Positions 27,262 to 35,946 of a stretch of DNA of 64,000 bases are shown here, piece by piece (position 1 is the stretch's first letter; each line of letters opens with the position of its first letter). Under the pieces are notes generated by a model. The model did no database searches. It was not told the DNA's origin and saw only the letters and a list, made by a program, of their open reading frames with translations. Origin of the DNA: a virus (taxonomy: Duplodnaviria; Caudoviricetes); the IMG/VR virus record IMGVR_UViG_3300033074_001909, positions 32,001-96,000 of that record; one strand, written 5' to 3'. The position numbers and the translations under genes are program-made.

Positions 27262-28326
27262 ATGACCACGACACGGAGCGAACAACTGTTCGCCATCGTC
27301 GACCGATTCAACCAAATCCATCGCGACTGGGCGGAGTTCGACACGAACAATCCCGAGCCCACGGAGTTGTACTGGCGCGCGCTGCAGGCCGTGCTGGATA
27401 CGTTCGAAGGGGGCGACCTGCCAGCGGACTGCCGCCCCATGGCCGCCGCCGTCTACAAACTGGCCCAAGAGCGGGCCCGTTACGATGCCTCCGGGATGAC
27501 CACGGTGCCGCAGTCGCTGTTTGCCGCGCGCGAGGAACTGGAGCGGGTAGCCCGGGCCGCACGCTCGCCGCTTGAGCGTCCCCATCGGGAAACTATTCAG
27601 GAACTGGCCAAGCAGAACGTCCCCCATGAGCAGATTGCCCGTATTTGGGGCCTGCGCCGCCCGGACGGTACGGGCCGGGCCGACCTCGTCCAGCAGGAAC
27701 TGAATCAGCCCGGTTCGGTGATCGGGCCCAACTATGTGCATCCCGAGGACCGCATGGCGCATGACCAAGTGCTGGTCGAGCGCCGCAACTGGCAGGCTTT
27801 GGAGGTGCTCAGCCAGAAGGAGCAGGAACGGATCGAGGCGGATCAGAAGCCCTGTCCCGAGACGCCGCGGGAACTGTGGCTGATTGGGGTCAGCACGGCG
27901 CAGGCGGCGAGGATGTTGCGGCAGCCGCAAGAGCAGGTGGCCCGCCTGTGGGACGAGTTCGAACGGGAAAAGGTCGCGATTCAGACGGCGCAGGAGCGCC
28001 CGGCGCCCGTAGCGCCGCCCGCACCGGCGGTGGTAACTCCGCCGCCGGTGGCCGAAGCGGCCACGGCCGATCCGCTGGACGACATGCTGGGCGCAGCCGG
28101 CGACAGTCCCTACGCGCAGTTTGACGGCTGGAGCGAGCAGGAACTGCGGATCGAAGCCAAACGCCTGGGAATTCGCCTGCGAGGCCGCTTCACGCGTGAA
28201 ACGCTGATGGATCGCATTTTGGCCGCGGATCCCACGGCAGAATTGGTGGATGACGACAGCGTCGCGGGCGTCGATGAGTTCGACCACGAGGGCGTGACGG
28301 TCGGCGAGACGGAGGAACCAACGTAA
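27262..28326 (+). CDS. hypothetical protein (possible HTH; C-terminal Rho-N/HeH-like domain)
   Basis: WSEQELRIEAKRLGI...TRETLMDRIL. Confidence 0.7.
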   Translation: MTTTRSEQLFAIVDRFNQIHRDWAEFDTNNPEPTELYWRALQAVLDTFEGGDLPADCRPMAAAVYKLAQERARYDASGMTTVPQSLFAAREELERVARAARSPLERPHRETIQELAKQNVPHEQIARIWGLRRPDGTGRADLVQQELNQPGSVIGPNYVHPEDRMAHDQVLVERRNWQALEVLSQKEQERIEADQKPCPETPRELWLIGVSTAQAARMLRQPQEQVARLWDEFEREKVAIQTAQERPAPVAPPAPAVVTPPPVAEAATADPLDDMLGAAGDSPYAQFDGWSEQELRIEAKRLGIRLRGRFTRETLMDRILAADPTAELVDDDSVAGVDEFDHEGVTVGETEEPT

Positions 28327-28328
28327 GC

Positions 28329-28625
28329 ATGGCCAAGAAAAGCAAGTTTGATTTTTCGCACGTCGAAGACGCCGCGCTGCGCGACAAGCTGGAGCGGACG
28401 GTGGCGGAACATGACCCCGCCGTGCCGCCCGAGGTGAACGCGCACCCGCGGTATGTGTTTGGCCGGGCCACCCCGCACCGTGACGTGGGTGGCAGCGTGA
28501 TCGTCCGCAATGGACTCGACGAGGATCGGGCGGGTACGCTGCTTGGTCCGTTGGGTCGCGCGTGGCGCGTCGACGTCAACGGCACGGTGTTGATTGTGCA
28601 TGATCCGGAAGACTCGTGGGGATAA
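28329..28625 (+). CDS. hypothetical protein
   Basis: ORF in operon. Confidence 0.6.
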   Translation: MAKKSKFDFSHVEDAALRDKLERTVAEHDPAVPPEVNAHPRYVFGRATPHRDVGGSVIVRNGLDEDRAGTLLGPLGRAWRVDVNGTVLIVHDPEDSWG

Positions 28626-28733
28626 ACGACATGGCTTTGAAGCGTTTCGGCAATCTGATGCTGGATCCGGCTGAAGTGGCATTCGAGGACGCCAAGCGAC
28701 TGATGGACTATCTGGAAGGTAACGCAGCAGCCC

Positions 28734-29336
28734 ATGGGCAAACGCCGGATCAAACCGAGTGAACGCAAGCCGGTCGAGCCACCGCGCAAGCGGCGACGCG
28801 GCGTGGTGGACGAACCACCGGACCAAACGCCGCCCGATCCCGAGCAGACCAGCCCGTTCGAACACCTGCGGAACCCCAACCAGCGAATATTCCTGCGGGT
28901 GTACTGTCAGTGCTGGAGCATTACGCAGGCGGCCGAGGCGTCGGGCCTGTCGATATGGGCGCATTACTACTGGAAACGCACGGATGCGCTGTACCGGCGC
29001 GCGTTTGTCCTAGCCTGGAAAATCGCTGGGGACCGGTGCGAGGAAGAGGCGTATCGCCGGGCGGTGACGGGTCTTCGCCGCTTGAAGTTTGGGCCGAAAG
29101 GCAAGCCGCTGATTGATCCCGCCACGCGCCAGCCCTACGTGGAGCACGAATTTTCGGATCGGCTGCTCGAGCGGCTGCTGAAAGCCTTCAAACCACATCG
29201 CTATTGCGACCGGCAGGAGACGCAGCACAACGTGTCGGTGGATAGTCCCGCGCAGGGCAGTGGGGGCATGACGGATCTCTTAAAGACCTTCTGTGATACA
29301 CCACCAGAGTCCCCCGAATCTGCCGCTGCACCATGA
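28734..29336 (+). CDS. terS: terminase small subunit
   Basis: QRIFL..SITQAAEASG..YYW; EEEAYRRAVTG; FSDRLLERLLKA..P..Y; directly upstream of TerL. Confidence 0.8.
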   Translation: MGKRRIKPSERKPVEPPRKRRRGVVDEPPDQTPPDPEQTSPFEHLRNPNQRIFLRVYCQCWSITQAAEASGLSIWAHYYWKRTDALYRRAFVLAWKIAGDRCEEEAYRRAVTGLRRLKFGPKGKPLIDPATRQPYVEHEFSDRLLERLLKAFKPHRYCDRQETQHNVSVDSPAQGSGGMTDLLKTFCDTPPESPESAAAP

Positions 29337-31956
29337 GTCGATCCGCGACTGGCTGCACGCGGCGGCCACGATTCCGATTCAGTGGCGACGTCGGAAGTAT
29401 CTGCGCGACTGCCTGCGGGCCTCGTCCGAGTTGCGGGCCAAGTTGATCGAGAAGAACGACAGCCGGTTGACCACCCATATCCAACGGCTGTTCACGCATC
29501 CCTATTTCGCGTTCGAGCCCCGGCCCGATAATCCCGCCGCCGGCGATCAGCAGACCGGGTTTCTGGAGTCGCAGGCCTTCACGACAGTGGCTCTGGGAGG
29601 CACGGGTAGCGGCAAGAGCTACATCGGCTCACAACGGGCCATCAAGTTCCTCTGCGAGGATCAGCGACCGCCAATCAAGGACACGCCCTTCTTCGTGATC
29701 GCCGACAACCTGGAGGAATCCTCCAAGGCTTGCTGGGCGCAGAAACTCCACGATCTGTTGCCGCGGGAGTGGGTCGACTGGGACCGCATTACCTGGCGCA
29801 GCGCGAAGATGAATTTTCCGCGCATCGTGCCGCTGCGGCCCTGGCAGGACGACCCCAAGACGAACTGGGCGATTTACTTCTGCGGCTACACCCAGGACCG
29901 CAAGGCCTTCCAGGCCATCGCGGCCGGCGGCGCGTGGTTCACGGAACAATTCCCGTACGACATCTACGAGGAAGTCGTCGGGCGTATGCGACAATGGATG
30001 TTCAACGGCGCTCTGTGGCTGGAATTCACGCCGCTGGATCCGACCGACAGCGTCAAAGTCCAGGAGCTGTACGAGAAGTGGACGCGGGGCGAGCTCGACG
30101 AGGATCAATGGTCGTTCTACCGCCTCAACACCGAAGAAGCGGCGAAGAAGGGACACGTCAAGCAGGAGTTTGTCGACACGCTCAAGGCGACGATCTCACC
30201 CGAGATGCTCGCTACCCGCTTGCGCGGGGATTTCGGCTCCTACGAGGGTGTGATCTATCAGAGTCTCAACCCGCTAGTGCATTTCGTGCCCGGGACGCAA
30301 TACGACAAGTGTCCGCGCGATATTAACCTGACGTACAAGCGAGGCATCGACTGGGGCGCCGGCCCATCGAATGCGTTTGTCGTCTTGTGGGGCGCCAAGG
30401 ATTCCATGGGCCGCTGGTTCATTTTCGACGAGTATTACACCACGGATCAGCTCATGACCTGGGAAGATCACGTGCGGGAGATTCACAAGAAGGATGGGTG
30501 GAAACTCATTGGCCAGATAGACCGCGGTCTGACGACGTACCGCCTGGAGCCGATCCCAGGCGTGCCGCAGCGGTGGATTTACGAGCGCTCGAATTTTGGC
30601 CAGACCTACGCGCCACCCGAGCAGCCGGACTTATTCCGTGAGTTCGCGAAATACTGCCTGCCCGTGACGCCAGCCCGGAATGCCTTTCACCCCGGCGTGG
30701 ATTGCGTGCGGCGGCATTTGAAATTCGACGACTTCACGCTCGAGCAGCGGACCGAGCCGCAACTGTTCATCGATCGGCGCGCGTGCCCAAATCTGGCAAG
30801 AGAACTGCCAGCGCTGCAGTGGAAAGACCCGCCCAAGGCAGGCGTGAATCCTTCAAGCGCCAAGATGGAACAGAAAAAAATACATGACCACTCCTGCACG
30901 ATTTCTTCGACGCTCGTGTTGACGGAATCGGGATGGAAGCCAATTATCGAGATCCAGCGAGGCGAGATGGTGGCCTCGCTCGACGGCTGGACTCGGGTGG
31001 AATGCGGAGCGGTCAAGACGGGCGTAAATCGCCCATTGGTGCGAATCACGTTGGACAATGGGGCCGAGGTGGTGTGTACTCCCTGCCATCGGTTCCCGAC
31101 GGAGGATGGATCATGGATCGCGGCGGAACACCTGCTGGGCCGACGTTTGGCGAAGTGGTGCGATACACCACCAGGAGTGGGCAGATGGCGGAATCCATCG
31201 AGTACGGCGGAATGGTGTGGCGACGATACCCCAACTCGCGATTCCCGGCTGCTCGCTACTTCGTCAAGCGAGTTGGTAAGCGGCCTGATGCCATTCTTCT
31301 CCATCGCAGGATCTACGAAGATTTTGTGGGACCAATTCCAAAGGGAATGGCCATCCATCACAAAGACGGGTGCATTACCAACAACCACCCATCCAACCTG
31401 GAACTTTGCACGTTCCGGGATCATTCACAAAAGCATGTGTCCGACAATGTCAACATGCGACAAGGCTTACGCGAGTGGCGACAGAAGCAGCCAGGACAAC
31501 TTCGTCAAATCGCGAAAAATGCCAGCGACGCCTACTGGAGTGATCCACGCGTGGTCAGCCTTACTTGCTCGCATTGCGGCATCGCGTTTTCGTCAAAGGA
31601 CGTGCGCACTAACCGAAAGCGATACTGCTCTGGTGCATGCAATCGGCAGGCGTTGCGAACCGAAAAGCGGCTATGCAAACATTGTGGCCAGGAGTTCTTG
31701 GCGGCATCCTTCGAGCCAAACGTCTTTTGTAGCAAGCGGTGCTCTGCGTGTTATGGAGGTATCCTCCTGCGGAACCGCCGACACGTACTGCATCGCGACT
31801 GAGTCGGGTTCGATGGTGTGGGGAGGCGGAGTCGTGGCGTCAAACTGTGATGCATTGCGCTACCTGCTATACTCCGACTGGATGGGCAACACGGGTGGCA
31901 TCGAAGCCTTCCAGGCCCCGCAGCCGCATCGTCCGCAAGTGCGATTAAGGAAATGA
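29293..31956 (+). CDS. terL: terminase large subunit, intein-containing (start uncertain)
   Basis: Walker A GGTGSGKS, FTPL, RLRGDF, GIDWG, FDEYY, DHS/CDALRY. Confidence 0.9.
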   Translation: MIHHQSPPNLPLHHESIRDWLHAAATIPIQWRRRKYLRDCLRASSELRAKLIEKNDSRLTTHIQRLFTHPYFAFEPRPDNPAAGDQQTGFLESQAFTTVALGGTGSGKSYIGSQRAIKFLCEDQRPPIKDTPFFVIADNLEESSKACWAQKLHDLLPREWVDWDRITWRSAKMNFPRIVPLRPWQDDPKTNWAIYFCGYTQDRKAFQAIAAGGAWFTEQFPYDIYEEVVGRMRQWMFNGALWLEFTPLDPTDSVKVQELYEKWTRGELDEDQWSFYRLNTEEAAKKGHVKQEFVDTLKATISPEMLATRLRGDFGSYEGVIYQSLNPLVHFVPGTQYDKCPRDINLTYKRGIDWGAGPSNAFVVLWGAKDSMGRWFIFDEYYTTDQLMTWEDHVREIHKKDGWKLIGQIDRGLTTYRLEPIPGVPQRWIYERSNFGQTYAPPEQPDLFREFAKYCLPVTPARNAFHPGVDCVRRHLKFDDFTLEQRTEPQLFIDRRACPNLARELPALQWKDPPKAGVNPSSAKMEQKKIHDHSCTISSTLVLTESGWKPIIEIQRGEMVASLDGWTRVECGAVKTGVNRPLVRITLDNGAEVVCTPCHRFPTEDGSWIAAEHLLGRRLAKWCDTPPGVGRWRNPSSTAEWCGDDTPTRDSRLLATSSSELVSGLMPFFSIAGSTKILWDQFQREWPSITKTGALPTTTHPTWNFARSGIIHKSMCPTMSTCDKAYASGDRSSQDNFVKSRKMPATPTGVIHAWSALLARIAASRFRQRTCALTESDTALVHAIGRRCEPKSGYANIVARSSWRHPSSQTSFVASGALRVMEVSSCGTADTYCIATESGSMVWGGGVVASNCDALRYLLYSDWMGNTGGIEAFQAPQPHRPQVRLRK
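30895..31845 (+). mobile_element. intein in TerL (317 aa)
   Basis: C1 CTISSTLVLTESGWKPI, block B CTPCHRF, end TYCI..GVVASN|C; removal restores DHSCDALRY. Confidence 0.88.
31185..31802 (+). CDS. HNH homing endonuclease with Zn fingers, nested out of frame inside the intein
   Basis: AGGAG SD; LLHRRIYEDFVGPIPKGMAIHHKDGCITNNHPSNLE; CSHC/CSGAC/CKHC/CSKRC. Confidence 0.85.
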   Translation: MAESIEYGGMVWRRYPNSRFPAARYFVKRVGKRPDAILLHRRIYEDFVGPIPKGMAIHHKDGCITNNHPSNLELCTFRDHSQKHVSDNVNMRQGLREWRQKQPGQLRQIAKNASDAYWSDPRVVSLTCSHCGIAFSSKDVRTNRKRYCSGACNRQALRTEKRLCKHCGQEFLAASFEPNVFCSKRCSACYGGILLRNRRHVLHRD

Positions 31957-32891
31957 CCATGGCACGACTGAATGCCTCCCAGCGTCGGCAGGTCATCCGG
32001 AACGCGACCCGCGAACTGCGCCGCTCGGGCGGACGTCGCAGCGGATCGGGAGAGCCTGGCCCGTTGGGCGGCCTATTCCGCACGCTGGGGGCCCGCTTCG
32101 GGCCGCTGGGCGAGGTCATCGGCATGCTCGGGGATATCCTGTCCGGCGGACGGCGGGTGACCCGGCGCAATATCGAAGACGCGGTGCGGATCCTGACCGA
32201 AGAGGGATTTGAAGTCGCGCCAGCGCCACCGGAGGCGCCCCCGGTAATTGTGCAGCCTCCGCCGGTGGTGCCGCGTGGGGTACGCCCGGCCCCCGCGGTG
32301 CCGCCGGCATCGATTCCGCCGCTGCCGCCACAGGAACCGGCCGATCCGTGGCCCGCCGAACATTCGGTCCGGATTCTGCCGCGCCGTGTGCGAGGCGTCT
32401 ACGACAGTATCCCGGCCGACATCGACACCTTCCAGGGCTGGATCCTCACGCCCCAGAGCTCCAACGTGCATGCGGTCGCGTACCACGAGGGTATCCTCTA
32501 CGTGTGGTATCGGGCCGCTGGCAAGCCGACCGGGTACAAGGACGGGATCTCGTTATGCACCGGGAAGGCCTATAAGATCGGGATCCGGCCCGACGTGCCG
32601 GGCCCGATCTACTCGTATGGTGGCGCAGGCCGTCCGGTGCCACAGTCGGTGTTTGACGCGATTGCCACGTCGCGTTCGCCAGGCAAGCAGGTCTGGGACA
32701 AGTTGCGCGTGTGCGGATCGCAGTGGCAGCATCAGTACGTGTACACGCTGACCGATGTGCCCATGGGTCAGGCGGTGCCCCGCAAGGCGACGCGTCGCGG
32801 GTTGGCGGTGCGCAATGTCCCCAATGTCGGTCTGGGGCCACGTGGATCTCGCCGTAGCACGCTGCCCGCACGTGTGGCGGGGATCCGGTAA
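31953..32891 (+). CDS. KTSC-like domain protein
   Basis: SSNVHAVAY..LYVWY...YSY..VPQSVFDAI..SRSPGKQVWDKLR. Confidence 0.65.
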   Translation: MTMARLNASQRRQVIRNATRELRRSGGRRSGSGEPGPLGGLFRTLGARFGPLGEVIGMLGDILSGGRRVTRRNIEDAVRILTEEGFEVAPAPPEAPPVIVQPPPVVPRGVRPAPAVPPASIPPLPPQEPADPWPAEHSVRILPRRVRGVYDSIPADIDTFQGWILTPQSSNVHAVAYHEGILYVWYRAAGKPTGYKDGISLCTGKAYKIGIRPDVPGPIYSYGGAGRPVPQSVFDAIATSRSPGKQVWDKLRVCGSQWQHQYVYTLTDVPMGQAVPRKATRRGLAVRNVPNVGLGPRGSRRSTLPARVAGIR

Positions 32892-32905
32892 TTGGCTCCG
32901 CATTC

Positions 32906-32940
32906 GTTGAATGCCCGCGCAGTGGCTTCGTTGCTGCGAG
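32906..32940 (-). repeat. inverted solitary copy of the CRISPR repeat (anti-repeat)
   Basis: Reverse complement CTCGCAGCAACGAAGCCACTGCGCGGGCATTCAAC. Confidence 0.8.
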
Positions 32941-32960
32941 TACAGGTCGACCCACGCCTT

Positions 32961-33140
32961 TGGGCAAGAGCCAAGCCTCTGCGCGGGCACTTCGACCGGT
33001 TGGGACGAGTTCTGCGCAGCCCAAATCCGGAACGCTCGCAGAAACAAAGCCCCTGCGCGGGCACTTCGACTTGTCGACAACCTGGATCCGGTCGAGCACC
33101 GGCTCTCGCAGGAACAAAGCCCCTACGCGGGCATCATCGC
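32961..33140 (+). CRISPR. CRISPR mini-array: three 36-nt repeats, two spacers (38 and 34 nt)
   Basis: Central repeat CTCGCAGAAACAAAGCCCCTGCGCGGGCACTTCGAC (33035-33070); repeat 1 (32961-32996) has a degenerate 5' half, repeat 3 (33105-33140) a degenerate 3' end. Confidence 0.8.
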
Positions 33141-33340
33141 TCTAACCTGGGCCGGCCTTCGCTCCGCGGTCGACTGAGTCCCCCGCGAATCGACTTCGGT
33201 AGTTTCGCCGCGCCCGCATCACGCAGCCATTCCGACAGCGATTTACCTTCCTTCGCGGCCGCCGCCAGAAAGGCCGTCCACCAATCCTGCGGCGCCGTGA
33301 TGTTGCGGCGGATCGTATCGTCTCCATGGGGCTCTGTCAT
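33134..33340 (-). CDS. ribbon-helix-helix DNA-binding protein
   Basis: RRNITAPQDWWTAFLAAAAKEGKSLSEWLRDA. Confidence 0.75.
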   Translation of the reverse strand: MTEPHGDDTIRRNITAPQDWWTAFLAAAAKEGKSLSEWLRDAGAAKLPKSIRGGLSRPRSEGRPRLER

Positions 33341-33353
33341 GCCGGTGATCCTA

Positions 33354-33584
33354 TCACGTCGTGACCGTTATCTGCAGGGTGGCTTTCTCGCGAGTCCAGC
33401 CATGCTGCCGCAGCATCCGCGCCTCGAGCAGTTCCACGCGGTCAAGGCACTGCTGGAGAAATCCCTGTGGCAGATCATAGTCGAGCCCCCAGAACCACTT
33501 CACAACCAGCCAGGTTTGGCGGTCGGTGATTGGTTTCGCGAGTTCCCGCTCCAGGCGGGTAGAAATAGCTTGCGTGGTGGTCAT
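33354..33584 (-). CDS. small hypothetical protein
   Basis: GGAG SD, operon spacing. Confidence 0.6.
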   Translation of the reverse strand: MTTTQAISTRLERELAKPITDRQTWLVVKWFWGLDYDLPQGFLQQCLDRVELLEARMLRQHGWTREKATLQITVTT

Positions 33585-33808
33585 GGTTTGGACGCTCCAT
33601 TGATTCGGAGTAGGTGCAGCTCGAATCGGTCCTTCTCTTCCTGCGTCGCTGGCCGAATCTCAACCGTTTCGCCCGCCTGCAAGGCTGCTTGCACATTAGA
33701 CCAGTCCGACCGAATGCCTCCTGCGGTGTACAAGCACGACATGAGCGTTGCGCTGTCGTGGTAAAAATGCTCGCCGATGTAAATCAGTTTCATGGTCTTC
33801 ATGGTCAT
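33581..33808 (-). CDS. small hypothetical protein
   Basis: AAGGAG SD; MTMKTMKLIYIGEHFY. Confidence 0.65.
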   Translation of the reverse strand: MTMKTMKLIYIGEHFYHDSATLMSCLYTAGGIRSDWSNVQAALQAGETVEIRPATQEEKDRFELHLLRINGASKP

Positions 33809-33988
33809 GCTCCTTGTGAAGAAAATATCGACCGTTGGCCGCGAATGGCCGGCGTCAGCATGCGGGCCGCTCCCCTCGCGGGTCGCGGAAACCACCGGCG
33901 ACGGTCGTCGCGCCGGATCGACGCCGCAGCCCACCTGCCGGACCGCATGACCGGGTGGCCGTCAGGATTGCGGGCTGCGGCGGTTTAG

Positions 33989-34297
33989 TCAGGTATGCTG
34001 GCGGCATCCGCGTACCGGAACGCAAACCCCGGCCCAGTGGCATCGACGAGATACCGGATGCCGGAATCTCCACGATAATTCCGAGAGCCCATCGACCGGG
34101 GCACCGGCGTTGAGCCCGGTGACGTGGTGTCCCGTGGGCATACACTCGATCAGCATCCGCTCGAACTCATCCGTCGGAAGGATACGTGCCACGTCGCGTC
34201 GTGGCACATCGGTGCGCCGCGAGCCGAAGCCAATATTCCGGCGCCCGGTGATGATGAGTTCGTCGCCAATACGCTCGATGGTGTCACTGATTTTCAT
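33989..34297 (-). CDS. small hypothetical protein
   Basis: GGAGAG SD; MKISDTIERIG. Confidence 0.55.
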   Translation of the reverse strand: MKISDTIERIGDELIITGRRNIGFGSRRTDVPRRDVARILPTDEFERMLIECMPTGHHVTGLNAGAPVDGLSELSWRFRHPVSRRCHWAGVCVPVRGCRQHT

Positions 34298-34391
34298 GAT
34301 TCTCTCCGTGATCGAATGCCGCCTTGGGACGGCCGCCGGGCTCACCAGAGCCCGGCGGGGCATTAGGCCGCGAAAGCGGCCCCCTCTGCAT

Positions 34392-34568
34392 CTACCCGTC
34401 GTACTTGACGCGCACAACGCAATGCCAGCCGGCCGCACCGTGCCAGGACATGGGCTCCTCGTCCTCCTGGCCGTCGACGTCCGGCGACGTGTCAGCCATG
34501 CCGCACTCGCCGCAAAACGTCAGGCCGCAGCCGTCCGGTGCCTCGTAGACTCGATATCGCGTGGCCAT
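34392..34568 (-). CDS. small hypothetical protein (58 aa, CxxC)
   Basis: AAGGAGACGACCATG start; MATRYRVYEAPDGCGLTFCGECG. Confidence 0.55.
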   Translation of the reverse strand: MATRYRVYEAPDGCGLTFCGECGMADTSPDVDGQEDEEPMSWHGAAGWHCVVRVKYDG

Positions 34569-34589
34569 GGTCGTCTCCTTGTGTCTCTG

Positions 34590-34931
34590 CTACTCAGCCG
34601 CCTGGATGATTTTGGCGACATCCAGATCGCCGTTGCACGCCGCGTAAATCGGATCGCCATCCGTGTATTCTTCGCCTGGATCGTCCAGGCTGTCTACCAT
34701 TCGCTCGGCAGCAGCGGTTACCTGCTCGGGCGTCAGCTTGGCCGCCACAAACGCATTGGCGGTGGCGGCATCCCAAACGCCAATTTCACACCACGGACGC
34801 GCCGTAGCGGCGGTGAAACCGTAATCGATCCAGTTCTCGGCCTCGTCCTTCGGGTGATTGCCAGTAAACATGCCGCCGTGGTTGCTGAGCATTTCCATCA
34901 TGTCTTGAAGATCCCGATCGATGGTCGTCAT
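34590..34931 (-). CDS. hypothetical protein
   Basis: GAGGAG SD; W..GF....A..W...GVW. Confidence 0.7.
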   Translation of the reverse strand: MTTIDRDLQDMMEMLSNHGGMFTGNHPKDEAENWIDYGFTAATARPWCEIGVWDAATANAFVAAKLTPEQVTAAAERMVDSLDDPGEEYTDGDPIYAACNGDLDVAKIIQAAE

Positions 34932-34981
34932 GGTCGTGTCTCCTCGTGAAAGAAAATCTGGTCGCCGAGCCGCCCCATCGG

Positions 34982-35194
34982 CTACACAATGTTCGTCGCC
35001 TCAGGAATCACTCCGTAGCGATTCAGCAGCCCCACACGCCGTCGCGCGGCTGCTTCTGCCTGCTCTTGCGATGGATAGCCGCCGTTGCACCACGTGGCGT
35101 CGCCGATGTCGATGCGGTAGCCAAAACATCCAGCACTGTAGCCTTCCGGATTCTCGATGATCGTGATGTTGGCTTGCGGGCGTCGTTCGGTCAT
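34982..35194 (-). CDS. small hypothetical protein
   Basis: GAGGA SD. Confidence 0.6.
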   Translation of the reverse strand: MTERRPQANITIIENPEGYSAGCFGYRIDIGDATWCNGGYPSQEQAEAAARRRVGLLNRYGVIPEATNIV

Positions 35195-35259
35195 GGTCGT
35201 GTCCTCGTCTTCGTGTTGGATAAAACCGGGGCGGCCCGAAGGCCGCCCCTCCGTGGGCG

Positions 35260-35730
35260 TCAGAGCGACTCTACCGCAGCGAAACGGCTGCGGTAGTCCG
35301 CCGGGGTCATTCGCTCGGCTGTTACTGCCCCGGCTGCGTCCAGCCGGAGCAGCGTGTACAGCCAGTCCCTCCGGCCGCGATAGCCGGAGGTGACGATGAT
35401 GATGCCCGTCGAGGGCACCCGAAAGACAGCGGCGGCGAAATCGTTGCCGCCGCTCGACGAGGTGGCTACGACCCCGGTCGGTTCGACCGGTGGCAGTTCT
35501 TTCGTGGCAACTGTCTTCGCCTGCTCGGGGCAGGCGAAGCCGTGGAACGTTCCCGCGTCATCTGCGTGCCACAGCACGCAGATGCCTGGGGACAGGCCAA
35601 TCTTACGGTCGCCGATCGTGGCGACCTGGCCGTCGGCGTCGACTGCCAGCGACACACGCCGGCAGTTCGCGCCGGCTTGGCCGGACACGCTTTGCCCCGC
35701 CTTAATTCCGAGCAACATATTCGTGGACAT
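35260..35730 (-). CDS. hypothetical protein, first gene of the minus-strand operon
   Basis: GGAG SD; downstream of promoter. Confidence 0.65.
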   Translation of the reverse strand: MSTNMLLGIKAGQSVSGQAGANCRRVSLAVDADGQVATIGDRKIGLSPGICVLWHADDAGTFHGFACPEQAKTVATKELPPVEPTGVVATSSSGGNDFAAAVFRVPSTGIIIVTSGYRGRRDWLYTLLRLDAAGAVTAERMTPADYRSRFAAVESL

Positions 35731-35772
35731 GAGAATCTCCGTTCGTGGAAGTGGCTTGGTTGTGATGCGTAT

Positions 35773-35802
35773 ACTCTACACACTGTAAACGGCAGAAGTC
35801 AA
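35773..35802 (-). promoter_or_regulatory. sigma70-like promoter of the small-gene operon
   Basis: TTGACT-18-TAGAGT on the minus strand; TACACACT direct repeats in and beside it. Confidence 0.65.
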
Positions 35803-35905
35803 TAACAGTACACACTATTTTTTATCGAAATCCGGAAATAGTCGCAGTAGTCGATAGGGCATGGATTTAGGTATCATGCCCACAACAGGACGGCACCTCG
35901 TTCCG

Positions 35906-35936
35906 AGGCCCGGGAGTCACTCCTTGGGCCTTTTTT
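35906..35936 (+). terminator. leader terminator upstream of the portal gene
   Basis: AGGCCCGGGAG-TCA-CTCCTTGGGCCTTTTTT. Confidence 0.65.
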
Positions 35937-35946
35937 GTTGGGAAAG

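Noticed and set aside
32997-33104. Self-targeting by the spacers (12-nt matches near 27949 and 29703)
   Set aside because: Matches are too short and do not extend; compatible with chance in GC-rich coding DNA
32892-33764. 290-aa plus-strand ORF
   Set aside because: Runs across the CRISPR repeats and antisense to SD-supported small genes; no recognisable motifs
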